Shown here: in pieces, positions 55,859 through 64,000 of the stretch
Numbering within the stretch: position 1 is the first letter of the stretch
Layout: each line of letters opens with the position of its first letter
DNA from: Clostridia bacterium
Lineage (GTDB): Bacteria; Bacillota; DAOUPZ01
NCBI GenBank assembly: GCA_030625885.1
Contig: DAOUPZ010000020.1
Coordinates: 3,728 to 67,727 of the forward strand
Length of the DNA stretch: 64,000 nt
Direction: 5' to 3'
Notes under the pieces: generated by a model
Told to the model about the DNA's origin: nothing
Database searches by the model: none
Seen by the model: the letters and a program-made list of their open reading frames with translations, nothing else
Translations under genes and position numbers: made by a program

Positions 55859-57877
55859 CTATAAAAAATAACTTTTGAAATACTCTCTTGTTTTTATATC
55901 TTTAAACCAAACATAACATCCTTTTCTACCTCTTGTTAAGAGTATACGATAAATATTACTAAACAACATTAAGATATCTTTGTTATTACGTTTAGGGCTA
56001 TAATTTTGAACAAGTGACACTAGTTCGTCCGCTTCTTTTGTTACAAGCCATTGTTTACGTTGCTGGTCATATCTCAAACGCTCCTGTTCTATTCCATATA
56101 ATTTAGCAATAAACCCCTTATCCTGACTATTATTAATATCAAAGCACCATTTTTGCCCATCCCAATAAAAATCATCACCAAAAATAACACCTACATACTC
56201 AAAATCAAAGCCTTGTACTGTATATACACAACCCACTTCATCGAATAAAGGATCCATATTACTATACCATTCATAAATTACATTTCGTTCAGGAAAAACC
56301 CTAGGATTTTTATTCCATGGCTTTTTCCAAATTCCTAAAGGCGTCTCGATAACAATGTCATCAATCAGTTTTTTGCTCTTATCTGGATCTGTCCATGGCC
56401 AACAAAACCCTGCAACAATTCTAGTTCTTATTCCTGTATGTTTTCTTTTATCTTGTAGTAATTTCTCCATCTCAAAGGGAGTATCACAAACCTTAATGTC
56501 ATATTTATTCTTAGCTTCCTGGCTTGCGAAAGAATCTCCCCCCTCAAAAAGCTTATATAATTTTTCCAAATAATCTTGATTGTAACCACAACGATGTTGG
56601 GTTTTTAACTTTTTCATAACTTTCTTTTCAACAGTAATTTTTCCTTTACTGTTAATAATATGTATACACTTATTAATATTATCTAAAGTCCCTTTTTCCG
56701 AAGGACCAATAATTTGATTTTCATCTAAAAGAAAAATCGTAACCTTTGAACGCTTAATTAATTCTATAATATTATTCTCATTTGTGATCCTATGGGCTTC
56801 ATCCACAATGGAAAGACAAGTAACAGTATTATCGTTTTTCAAGTGTGTTACTACATTATATGTATTTGGAAAAAGATTCTTAGAATTTATTGAATTGCTT
56901 TTACCATTATCATCACCCAAATAACCGCCTATGACATGGCAAATTGCCCTTGAAGGTGATGAAATAGATACAGATTCCAAAGACCAATTATATTTTTTTG
57001 CCTGTGTATGATACCATGCAAACAATTCTAATCCTACAGCAGTTTTCCCAGAACCTGGTGTACCTTGAATAATAATTACGGAATGTTTTTGAGAATAGTT
57101 CTTAAAATTAATTACCTCTCTTATTATTTTACAAGCTTCCATATATACATTTTGTTGTTCCTCGACCATTGTCAAAAGATGTTCACCATTTTTATATTTA
57201 GCATAATTTTCAAACAAATCGTTATCAGGTATATATTCACCATCTGTAATTAATTTATAATCACTTTTATTATTCTCACTTTCAAATAGTGAGCATAAAT
57301 AATCTCTAAATTCTTCCTTATTACGAGCACAAAACAAAATATTATCCCTCTTATATTTACCAACTTCATATTTACCAGAAATTAATATGTGTTCGTCAAG
57401 TAAATTATGCAAAAACGCACAAGCCTCTATGGTTATGTTCTCTTTACGTACAATTGAATGGTTCATTTCTAAGTATTTTTTATATGTAAGTACTTGTGCC
57501 AAAGGATGTTCCCTTTGTTCTTCGAACTGCTCTTGAACCATAATAACTGTGCTAATCTCTTTACCTTCAGTTGGTTTAACCGTGGTCCATTGTTTTAACT
57601 CTACTAATAAAGCAACAGGTAATTTTGTTCTTTTACTTATTCCAACTAAAATTGCGTCCACTCTTTTGTTATTAAAGGGTAAGCTATATTCTAATATTAT
57701 ATCAAGATTACTTAAGCCAGCCTCTTTTAAGATATTAATAAGCTCCGGTAATGAATTTTCCCATGACAATCGTTCATTTTCTTTAACACTATACCCTGAA
57801 GCATTTTCTAACATACTTGCAATTTCCTCTCCACTTTTATCTAAAAGTGGAGAGACTGAACCAGCATACAGATACAT
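55859..57877 (-). CDS. PD-(D/E)xK-like nuclease N-domain fused to P-loop helicase-like ATPase (DUF2075 / Schlafen-type, Nhi-like architecture)
   Basis: N-terminal 'RVDAILVG...LLVELKQW' (D..E.K), Walker A 'IIQGTPGSGKTAVG' and Walker B 'LSIVDEAHRI'. RBS GAGGTGA lies 7 nt upstream, just after the HNH gene stop. Confidence 0.7.
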   Translation of the reverse strand: MYLYAGSVSPLLDKSGEEIASMLENASGYSVKENERLSWENSLPELINILKEAGLSNLDIILEYSLPFNNKRVDAILVGISKRTKLPVALLVELKQWTTVKPTEGKEISTVIMVQEQFEEQREHPLAQVLTYKKYLEMNHSIVRKENITIEACAFLHNLLDEHILISGKYEVGKYKRDNILFCARNKEEFRDYLCSLFESENNKSDYKLITDGEYIPDNDLFENYAKYKNGEHLLTMVEEQQNVYMEACKIIREVINFKNYSQKHSVIIIQGTPGSGKTAVGLELFAWYHTQAKKYNWSLESVSISSPSRAICHVIGGYLGDDNGKSNSINSKNLFPNTYNVVTHLKNDNTVTCLSIVDEAHRITNENNIIELIKRSKVTIFLLDENQIIGPSEKGTLDNINKCIHIINSKGKITVEKKVMKKLKTQHRCGYNQDYLEKLYKLFEGGDSFASQEAKNKYDIKVCDTPFEMEKLLQDKRKHTGIRTRIVAGFCWPWTDPDKSKKLIDDIVIETPLGIWKKPWNKNPRVFPERNVIYEWYSNMDPLFDEVGCVYTVQGFDFEYVGVIFGDDFYWDGQKWCFDINNSQDKGFIAKLYGIEQERLRYDQQRKQWLVTKEADELVSLVQNYSPKRNNKDILMLFSNIYRILLTRGRKGCYVWFKDIKTREYFKSYFL

Positions 57878-57896
57878 TGTGTTTTCACCTCTAGAT

Positions 57897-58871
57897 CTAC
57901 AAATGATAATTTATAGTTATTGATTCTACATAACCATTTGAATAGCATACTTCCTTCTTTTTTCGATCAAATTTCCCCTTTGCTTTATGAATTAGCCGAT
58001 GATGGTTAGGACAGAGTATCATAATATTTTCAGGGGAATTATTTTGAGTCAAGGCAAACTCCTGAATATGATGTGCTTCTACAACAGATACTCCATAATC
58101 ATCCAAGCCACTATGACCACAAATTTGGCAGCAATGGTTATACTTTTCCTTCAATTCATCAATTATCTTTTTATTATATTTCCGAACCTTTTTCAGTCCT
58201 TCTTTAACTTCGACCGAGGCTTCTTGATCCAAAGATTGAAGATACGAACTAAATTGCTCATCTGTCATATCTAATACACTATTTTCTAACTCTCTCTCTC
58301 CTTTGGTTTCCAGTTCACCTTTAAATCTAATCAAGGTATCTTTCAGTTTCGAGTTCGTAAGAAAGCTAATTGCATCATTTATACTACCATAGTTATTAAT
58401 GATTTCATCAAGAGTATTTGAATTTATTCTATTAAATCCTTGAGGAACAAAATTTTGCTTATATCCAAAAAAACTTGCGAATTCAGTACGATCTAAATTG
58501 ATTGACTGTAAATCTGTGATGAAATATATATATTCCCATGTCTTCCCATCATTATCTTTATCCCAGACAATTTCAGCTAATTTCCTATTATGGGTTTTAG
58601 TTAGAATAGTACCGTAGTAAAGAAACGTACCTTTAGAATAAACAAGAACTTTATCCCCCTTTTCCATCTTTGCCCATCTTGGTATATTCTGATCCCCTGG
58701 TACAGCACCCCACATATTTACTTCTTCAGCCTGGCCAGCTCTTTTCAATTCTTGTAGTACATCTTCATCCAACAAGTCACTATAACGACCAATTGGGGAT
58801 TTATTTTCTATTGTGTCTTCCAAATGTTTTTGAGCTATTTTATTACTGGCTGTAAAATAAAATAAATTCAC
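57897..58871 (-). CDS. PUA-like (EVE/ASCH-like) reader domain fused to HNH endonuclease
   Basis: C-terminal 'CCQICGH...VEAHHI...MILCPNHHRLIH' (HNH). N-terminal 'WGAVPG..RWAKMEKGDKVLVYSKGTFLYYGTI' is a beta-barrel-like pattern. GTG start. Confidence 0.65.
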   Translation of the reverse strand: MNLFYFTASNKIAQKHLEDTIENKSPIGRYSDLLDEDVLQELKRAGQAEEVNMWGAVPGDQNIPRWAKMEKGDKVLVYSKGTFLYYGTILTKTHNRKLAEIVWDKDNDGKTWEYIYFITDLQSINLDRTEFASFFGYKQNFVPQGFNRINSNTLDEIINNYGSINDAISFLTNSKLKDTLIRFKGELETKGERELENSVLDMTDEQFSSYLQSLDQEASVEVKEGLKKVRKYNKKIIDELKEKYNHCCQICGHSGLDDYGVSVVEAHHIQEFALTQNNSPENIMILCPNHHRLIHKAKGKFDRKKKEVCYSNGYVESITINYHL

Positions 58872-58905
58872 CTTAAATTCACATCCTTCTTATCTAAATT
58901 ATTTA

Positions 58906-59238
58906 TTACTCTAATTCGTTATATTTTTTATTTGAACCAAATGCTTTTTCAACAGGATATTTGTTCTCGTTTTTAAGCAACTTTTCTTCAATTGTCTGTT
59001 TCAAATTAATGTCTAATTCATGTGATAATAATAAAAGATAAATCGCAATATCAGCAATTTCTTCTTTCATATTTTCTAGTTTCATACTTACCGCTTCTTC
59101 ATTGCTTTTCCATTGAAAACATTCTAATAACTCACTCGATTCAATAGACAATGAAATTGCTAAATCTTTTGGATTATGATATTGCTTCCAATTACGCTCA
59201 TCTCTAAATTGAATTATTTTTTCCATTAAATCTTTCAT
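58906..59238 (-). CDS. MazG-like nucleoside triphosphate pyrophosphohydrolase (small all-alpha NTP-PPase)
   Basis: 110 aa with 'ESSELLECFQW' and 'EEIADIAIYLLLL', the paired EExxE/D metal-binding helices of MazG/dCTPase-like proteins. Confidence 0.7.
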   Translation of the reverse strand: MKDLMEKIIQFRDERNWKQYHNPKDLAISLSIESSELLECFQWKSNEEAVSMKLENMKEEIADIAIYLLLLSHELDINLKQTIEEKLLKNENKYPVEKAFGSNKKYNELE

Positions 59239-59298
59239 TTCTATTCCTCCATTTAAAGTTAAAGAAAATCCCTTGTTATGTTGTGTAATGTAAATAAA

Positions 59299-59598
59299 TC
59301 ATCTGTTATTCACCAAACGAATTATCTTCTTATTTTCTAAATCTATTTCACAGTGATTAGTAAATCCTATTGCATACGCCGTAGTATCATTAATTCTAAT
59401 TATATTAAAATACACTTCTTCAAAATATTTAAGATTTTTTTCTTTAGAATAGTTATTTAATAATTCTTCAATCTTCCACAAAATTTCACCATTATAACTT
59501 CTAGCTAATAAATTGTTTATGTTATACGAACCAGGTTTGCCTTCTTCTCCTTCGCGTAGTTCTAAAACACATGATTTAAATTGGAATTTTTTGATCAT
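59299..59598 (-). CDS. Hypothetical protein (first gene of the minus-strand accessory operon)
   Basis: 99-aa ORF with RBS GAGGTGA. No recognisable domain. Confidence 0.45.
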   Translation of the reverse strand: MIKKFQFKSCVLELREGEEGKPGSYNINNLLARSYNGEILWKIEELLNNYSKEKNLKYFEEVYFNIIRINDTTAYAIGFTNHCEIDLENKKIIRLVNNR

Positions 59599-59794
59599 AC
59601 TATCACCTCAAATTCATAAATCTATGTATACTTCTACCACAAAACTCCAAATCCTTGCAAAAATAATATTATTTGTTATAAATTACAAGGATATTTGTGA
59701 TTTATATTGAGTGATTATCGAACACACGTTCTTGATAGTATAATCAAGTACATTGCTCATCTGATATAATTTATTCAAGCACAAGTATGAAAGG

Positions 59795-61351
59795 ATGATT
59801 GCTTTGAAAGCAGCAGCATATGTAAGATATTCAAGTGATAACCAAAGAGAAGAATCGATTGAAGCACAGTCGCGCGCAATCAAGGAATATGCAGAGCGTA
59901 ACAATATGACAATCGTAAGAATATACGCTGATGAAGCAAAGTCAGCAACTACTGATGATCGGCCACAATTTCTTCAAATGATTAAGGATAGTGGACTTGG
60001 TATATTTGACGTTATCATTGTCCACAAATTGGACAGGTTTGCTAGAAATCGATATGACTCTGCCTTTTATAAGCGCGAACTGCGTAAAAATGGCATAAAG
60101 CTTATGTCCGTACTGGAAAACCTGGATGATAGCCCAGAAAGCATTATCCTGGAATCTGTACTCGAGGGAATGGCTGAATACTATTCTAAAAACCTTGCCC
60201 GGGAAGTTATGAAAGGGATGAAAGAAACTGCTCTTCAATGCAAGCATAATGGAGGCATACCGGCCCTAGGATACGATGTAAAAGAGGACAAAACTTATAC
60301 CATTAATGAAGAGGAAGCACGCATTGTACAGCTTATTTTCGAACTGTATGCACAAGGAAAAAGCTACAACTATATCATTAATACACTAAATGAAAAAGGA
60401 TATAAAACCAAACGCGCTAATCCATTCGGCAAAAATAGCATTCACGATATTTTAGTTAATGAAAAATACGTTGGAACTTATGTTTTTAATCGCACGATTT
60501 CTAAAGTAAATGGGAAAAGGAATCACCATCATTCAAAAGATGAATCAGAAATAATTAGAGTTGAAAATGGTATTCCTGCGATAGTTAGCAAAGAAGTTTT
60601 CGAAGCAGTAAAAATGCGAATGAATAAAAACAAGCGGGGCACCGGAGAACGTAAAGCTAAAGAAGTATATCTGCTCTCTGGGAAAATATTCTGTGGCAAG
60701 TGTGAAGGTGCATTGGTAGGTAATAGACGCTATGCAGGCAGAAATAAAACATTATACCTTACGTATGAATGCTCTACTCGTAAGCGAAATAAAACTTGCG
60801 ATGCAAAAGGAATAAATAAAGAGTATATTGAAAATGATGTTATTGAGGAACTAAAAAACAGATTATTCTCACCTGAAGCTATTGAAACCATTACAGATAA
60901 ATTATATAAATTTACTCAAAACCAAAATAAAGAAATAACCGGAAGCATCAAACAATTTGAAAAGGAACTGAATTCTACACAAAAAGAAATAGATAACTTG
61001 ATCAATGCTATTGCTGCAGGAATGTTTCATCCATCTATGAAAGATAAAATGGATCAGCTTGAATCCAAGAAAACAGAATTAACGATCATGCTCAATGAAG
61101 CAAAAATGCAAAAGCAGATTAACTCACCTACTAAAGAAATGATCACAGGATATTTTATGAAAGATATTAATATAAAAGAAAAAAGCCTGGAAGATCAAAA
61201 ACAGATCATCCAAGCTTATGTAACGCGTGTAATAGTATATGAAAACAACATCGATATTGAGTTGATTGTGGATATTGATGGTGGAGGTGAGGGGAATCGA
61301 ACCCCTGTCCGAAAGCGTTTTCATTCAAGCTTCTACGAGTGTAGCCTTTGA
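59795..61351 (+). CDS. Large serine recombinase (prophage integrase)
   Basis: 'AAYVRYSSDNQ' catalytic-Ser region, a recombinase domain, a zinc ribbon 'CGKCEG..YECSTRKRNKTC' and a coiled coil. A TTG at 59804 with better RBS spacing is an alternative start. The last 20 codons lie beyond attR in antisense ssrA. Confidence 0.85.
   Translation: MIALKAAAYVRYSSDNQREESIEAQSRAIKEYAERNNMTIVRIYADEAKSATTDDRPQFLQMIKDSGLGIFDVIIVHKLDRFARNRYDSAFYKRELRKNGIKLMSVLENLDDSPESIILESVLEGMAEYYSKNLAREVMKGMKETALQCKHNGGIPALGYDVKEDKTYTINEEEARIVQLIFELYAQGKSYNYIINTLNEKGYKTKRANPFGKNSIHDILVNEKYVGTYVFNRTISKVNGKRNHHHSKDESEIIRVENGIPAIVSKEVFEAVKMRMNKNKRGTGERKAKEVYLLSGKIFCGKCEGALVGNRRYAGRNKTLYLTYECSTRKRNKTCDAKGINKEYIENDVIEELKNRLFSPEAIETITDKLYKFTQNQNKEITGSIKQFEKELNSTQKEIDNLINAIAAGMFHPSMKDKMDQLESKKTELTIMLNEAKMQKQINSPTKEMITGYFMKDINIKEKSLEDQKQIIQAYVTRVIVYENNIDIELIVDIDGGGEGNRTPVRKRFHSSFYECSL
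61279..61290. repeat. attR core (TGGTGGAGGTGA)
   Basis: Exact repeat of 4901-4912. Equals the complement of the tmRNA 3' end. Confidence 0.85.
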
Positions 61352-61634
61352 TTTAAGTTTCGCACCTCAGTCTCCCAAAGGCGGGATACTTTAGCACTAG
61401 GTCAGATTGATGTCCCACTGTTCCTACTGACCTGAAGGACCAGTGGCAAGCCTGTAAAGTTGACGTCCTAGTCTAGCCACACAGGCTTAGGCTAGCAGGA
61501 CGTTAGCAGAACTAAGCTGCTAAAGCGTAATTTTCTTCTGCGTTTAATTAAAGGTCCACCGTTTAACGAGACCAGGTGGGATCTCGACTCGCAACTCAAA
61601 CTTCAACTGCCCCCGTCGAAGCCAAAACACCCCC
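61279..61634 (-). ncRNA. ssrA: tmRNA (ssrA)
   Basis: 5' GGGGGUG pairs with 3' CACCUCCACCA, including the G3:U wobble. T-arm GGGGUUCGAUUCCCC. Tag ORF GCAGAAGAAAATTACGCTTTAGCAGCTTAG encodes AEENYALAA* at 61512-61541. Confidence 0.9.
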
Positions 61635-61665
61635 AAATTAGGTTTATCCCTTTGGGATAATAATT

Positions 61666-62124
61666 CTACTCTTTCACTCTTAAACTTCTTTCCATATCAC
61701 GCTTTGCATCTTTGGCTGCCATATCCTGGCGTTTATCATAAAGGTTCTTACCTTTACCTACCGCTAATGACAATTTAACCTTCCCTTTTTCGTTAAAATA
61801 GAGACTGATCGGGATAAGAGCTAGCCCTTTTTCTTGGATTTTACCAATTAAACGGTTAATTTCATATTTGTGCATTAAGAGCTTACGAGATCGCAACGGA
61901 TCATGATTGAAACGATTGCCCTCTTCATAAGGGCTAATATGCACTTTATACAGTATAATCTCCCCGTTTTCAATCTTTGCATAGCTATCTTTAAGATTAA
62001 CCTTGCCTCTGCGAATGGATTTTACCTCAGTACCGGTTAAAGCAATTCCTGCCTCAAAGGTTTCTAAAATGTGGTATTCATGAAATGCCTTCTTGTTTTT
62101 AGTAATAGCCTTAAACTCTCCCAT
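61666..62124 (-). CDS. smpB: SsrA-binding protein SmpB
   Basis: '[29 protein letters not shown]' is the SmpB signature. Start at the ATG 8 nt after GGAAGGA. Confidence 0.9.
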   Translation of the reverse strand: MGEFKAITKNKKAFHEYHILETFEAGIALTGTEVKSIRRGKVNLKDSYAKIENGEIILYKVHISPYEEGNRFNHDPLRSRKLLMHKYEINRLIGKIQEKGLALIPISLYFNEKGKVKLSLAVGKGKNLYDKRQDMAAKDAKRDMERSLRVKE

Positions 62125-62469
62125 GGCAAAAATCCTTCCCAACTTATTTCGAAGTATAAATCCATCGTAAACTTTATTATATACAAAAAATAAGTATTTG
62201 TCAAACAGCTTACCTGTTATCTTATACCAATGAAGAATCCTCTACATTTTAAACTATAGAGGATTTTTATCTTACCAGCATATAGTTTTCATAAAATAAC
62301 TAAAGAATTATTATCTTTACGCTTTGCAATAAAGATTTTGCATTTAAAATTGCTCTTGCAACATGGGTACACACCACTCGTACCTCGTGGAATGTCCCCG
62401 ATCTTGTCTTCGCTTTTCCTGCAAAACCGCAATGTAAGTTCTTTATTGCATTATATATAGCAAACTCTT

Positions 62470-63999
62470 TTACAATAGTACAAAATCTAATTTCCGTTCA
62501 TCTAAATTAATGCGTTCTAAACGAACTTTAACCATATCACCAATGCGATAGGTCTTTCCAGTACGTTCCCCAATTAAAGCAAACTTTTTATCATGATAAT
62601 GATAATAATCATCTAACATCGTGCTGACATGCACCAATCCTTCTACTAAATTTTCCAACTCAACATACATCCCGTAATTGGCCAGCCCACTGATAATTCC
62701 CTCAAATTCTTCGCCAATTTGATCTTGCATAAACTCCATCTGTTTCAACTCAACCGTCTCCCGTTCCGCTTCTACTGCACGACGTTCTCTTTCAGAAGAC
62801 ACCTGAGCAATAACTGGTAAATGATTTTCCCAGTACTCTGCTTTCTTTTTCGAAAGCCTTCCTTTCTTTTTCCATTCTCGAATAATGCGATGGATCATTA
62901 AATCAGGATATCGTCGAATGGGGGAGGTGAAATGCGAATAATAAACAGCAGCTAAACCAAAATGGCCTTCATGACTGGCTGAATACTTTGCTTGCTTGAG
63001 AGAACGAAGCATAACCGTATTGATCAATTTCTCTTCCTGTTGTCCTTCTACCTTTTGAAGCAACTCTTGCAACGCTTTGGGATGAATGTCATGCGTACCC
63101 TTAAGATGATATCCCAACCCATGCAGGAAGTCATTAAATTCCGTAACTCTCGTTTCATCCGGATTCTCATGGATGCGATAAATAAACGGCACTTGCTGCC
63201 AGAACATACTTTCTGCTACCACTTCATTAGCAATTAACATAAATTCCTCAATAATTTGGCTGGAAATCGTACGACCGTATTTTAATAAGTCTAATACTTC
63301 GCCCTTATCATTTAAAACAACTTTTGCTTCAGGAAAGTCAAAGTCAATACTGCCCCGATTTATACGCCGTTTAAATAGAACTTTTGCCAGTTCATTTGAG
63401 GTTAATATTTCTTCTTTAAGATGCTGATATCGCTCCCAAAGCGCTTGATCGTCTTCTTCCAGCATCTTAGTTACATCTTCATATGTTAATCGTTCATCTA
63501 CACAAATAACACTTTCAAAGATTTCATGCTCTACTACTTTTCCTTGAGGCGTTATTTCCATAAATACCGACATGGATAAGCGATCTTCACCCGCGTTCAG
63601 ACTACAAATACCATTAGACAATCGTTTAGGTAACATGGGAATAACGCGATCTACCAGATAAACACTTGTTGCCCGTTCCAATGCTTCCCGATTTAACGCA
63701 CTACCTTCTTTGACATAAAAGCTCACATCCGCAATATGAACCCCCAACTTATAATGACCATTTTGCAAACGTTCTATAGAAACTGCATCATCTAAATCCT
63801 TAGCATCTGCACCATCAATGGTAACCATTTTAACATCTCTTAAATCCTGACGCCTCTTAATTTCTTCAGGGGGAATCGACTGTGAAATCGCCTCTGCTTC
63901 ATCAATAACATCTTGCGAAAATTCCTGAGGTAAATCATATTTTCTAATAATCACTTCAATATCGGTACCTGGATCTCCTTGGTTACCGATAATTTCCAC
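62470..63999 (-). CDS. rnr: Ribonuclease R (N-terminus outside the window)
   Basis: RNB-domain motifs 'DGADAKDLDDAVS' and 'HFGLAAVYYSHFTSPIRRYPDL', plus a C-terminal S1 domain. ORF is open to the window edge. Confidence 0.9.
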   Translation of the reverse strand: MEIIGNQGDPGTDIEVIIRKYDLPQEFSQDVIDEAEAISQSIPPEEIKRRQDLRDVKMVTIDGADAKDLDDAVSIERLQNGHYKLGVHIADVSFYVKEGSALNREALERATSVYLVDRVIPMLPKRLSNGICSLNAGEDRLSMSVFMEITPQGKVVEHEIFESVICVDERLTYEDVTKMLEEDDQALWERYQHLKEEILTSNELAKVLFKRRINRGSIDFDFPEAKVVLNDKGEVLDLLKYGRTISSQIIEEFMLIANEVVAESMFWQQVPFIYRIHENPDETRVTEFNDFLHGLGYHLKGTHDIHPKALQELLQKVEGQQEEKLINTVMLRSLKQAKYSASHEGHFGLAAVYYSHFTSPIRRYPDLMIHRIIREWKKKGRLSKKKAEYWENHLPVIAQVSSERERRAVEAERETVELKQMEFMQDQIGEEFEGIISGLANYGMYVELENLVEGLVHVSTMLDDYYHYHDKKFALIGERTGKTYRIGDMVKVRLERINLDERKLDFVLL

Positions 64000-64000
64000 A

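Larger units (their letters stand above)
4901..61290. mobile_element. Integrated PBSX-like myovirus prophage (~56.4 kb) in ssrA
   Basis: Bounded by 12-bp direct repeats. Contains complete lysogeny, replication, packaging, head, contractile tail and lysis modules plus a serine recombinase at one end. Confidence 0.9.

Noticed and set aside
59599-59794. Promoters in the divergent region between the accessory operon and int
   Set aside because: Two TATAAT hexamers are present, but neither has a -35 element at 16-18 nt, so no confident promoter call is made.
62143-62469. Small ORFs or sRNA between rnr and smpB
   Set aside because: Two alternative ~45-codon frames look vaguely protein-like, but neither has a start codon with an RBS. 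The hairpin at ~62236-62270 lacks a clear minus-strand T-run. Evidence is insufficient.

Overview
Low-GC Firmicute (Clostridia-like, inferred) chromosome segment dominated by a ~56.4-kb PBSX-like contractile-tailed prophage (4901-61290). It is inserted into the last 12 nt of the tmRNA gene ssrA. Host flanks are an AbiEi/AbiEii abortive-infection pair and ecsAB-like ABC transporter genes on the left, followed by the orphaned ssrA terminator. On the right are ssrA (tag AEENYALAA), smpB and a partial rnr. The prophage is bounded by a 12-bp direct repeat TGGTGGAGGTGA and carries a large serine recombinase whose ORF runs through attR into antisense ssrA. Reading from high to low coordinates, the minus strand carries early genes (Cro-like, excisionase-like HTH, RecT, Gam-like, DnaD/O-like initiator with iterons, DnaC-like loader, RecU). 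These are followed by a late regulator, HNH, ParB-methyltransferase, TerS/TerL, portal, capsid, sheath/tube, tape measure, baseplate, a 1368-aa fibre and a four-gene lysis cassette. The CI-like/ImmA pair is on the plus strand, divergent from the Cro-like gene. Both prophage arms carry AT-rich accessory cargo. (i) Between the immunity module and int lies a plus-strand string of single-gene cassettes (lipoprotein, SIR2-like, ORC-like P-loop ATPase, membrane protein, internally duplicated protein) separated by a reiterated terminator-containing boundary element. (ii) Next to it is a 575-bp non-autonomous IS21-like remnant. (iii) Beyond that is a minus-strand operon of a 99-aa protein, a MazG-like protein, a PUA-like/HNH nuclease and a PD-(D/E)xK + P-loop nuclease-helicase. 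(iv) Beyond the lysis genes are a translationally coupled Cys-rich 194-aa gene plus a 632-aa M78 (ImmA/IrrE) fusion, and an AbrB/membrane/PKD moron. The strongest candidates for an undescribed defence system are (iii), (i) and (iv). No CRISPR array, rRNA or tRNA was seen.
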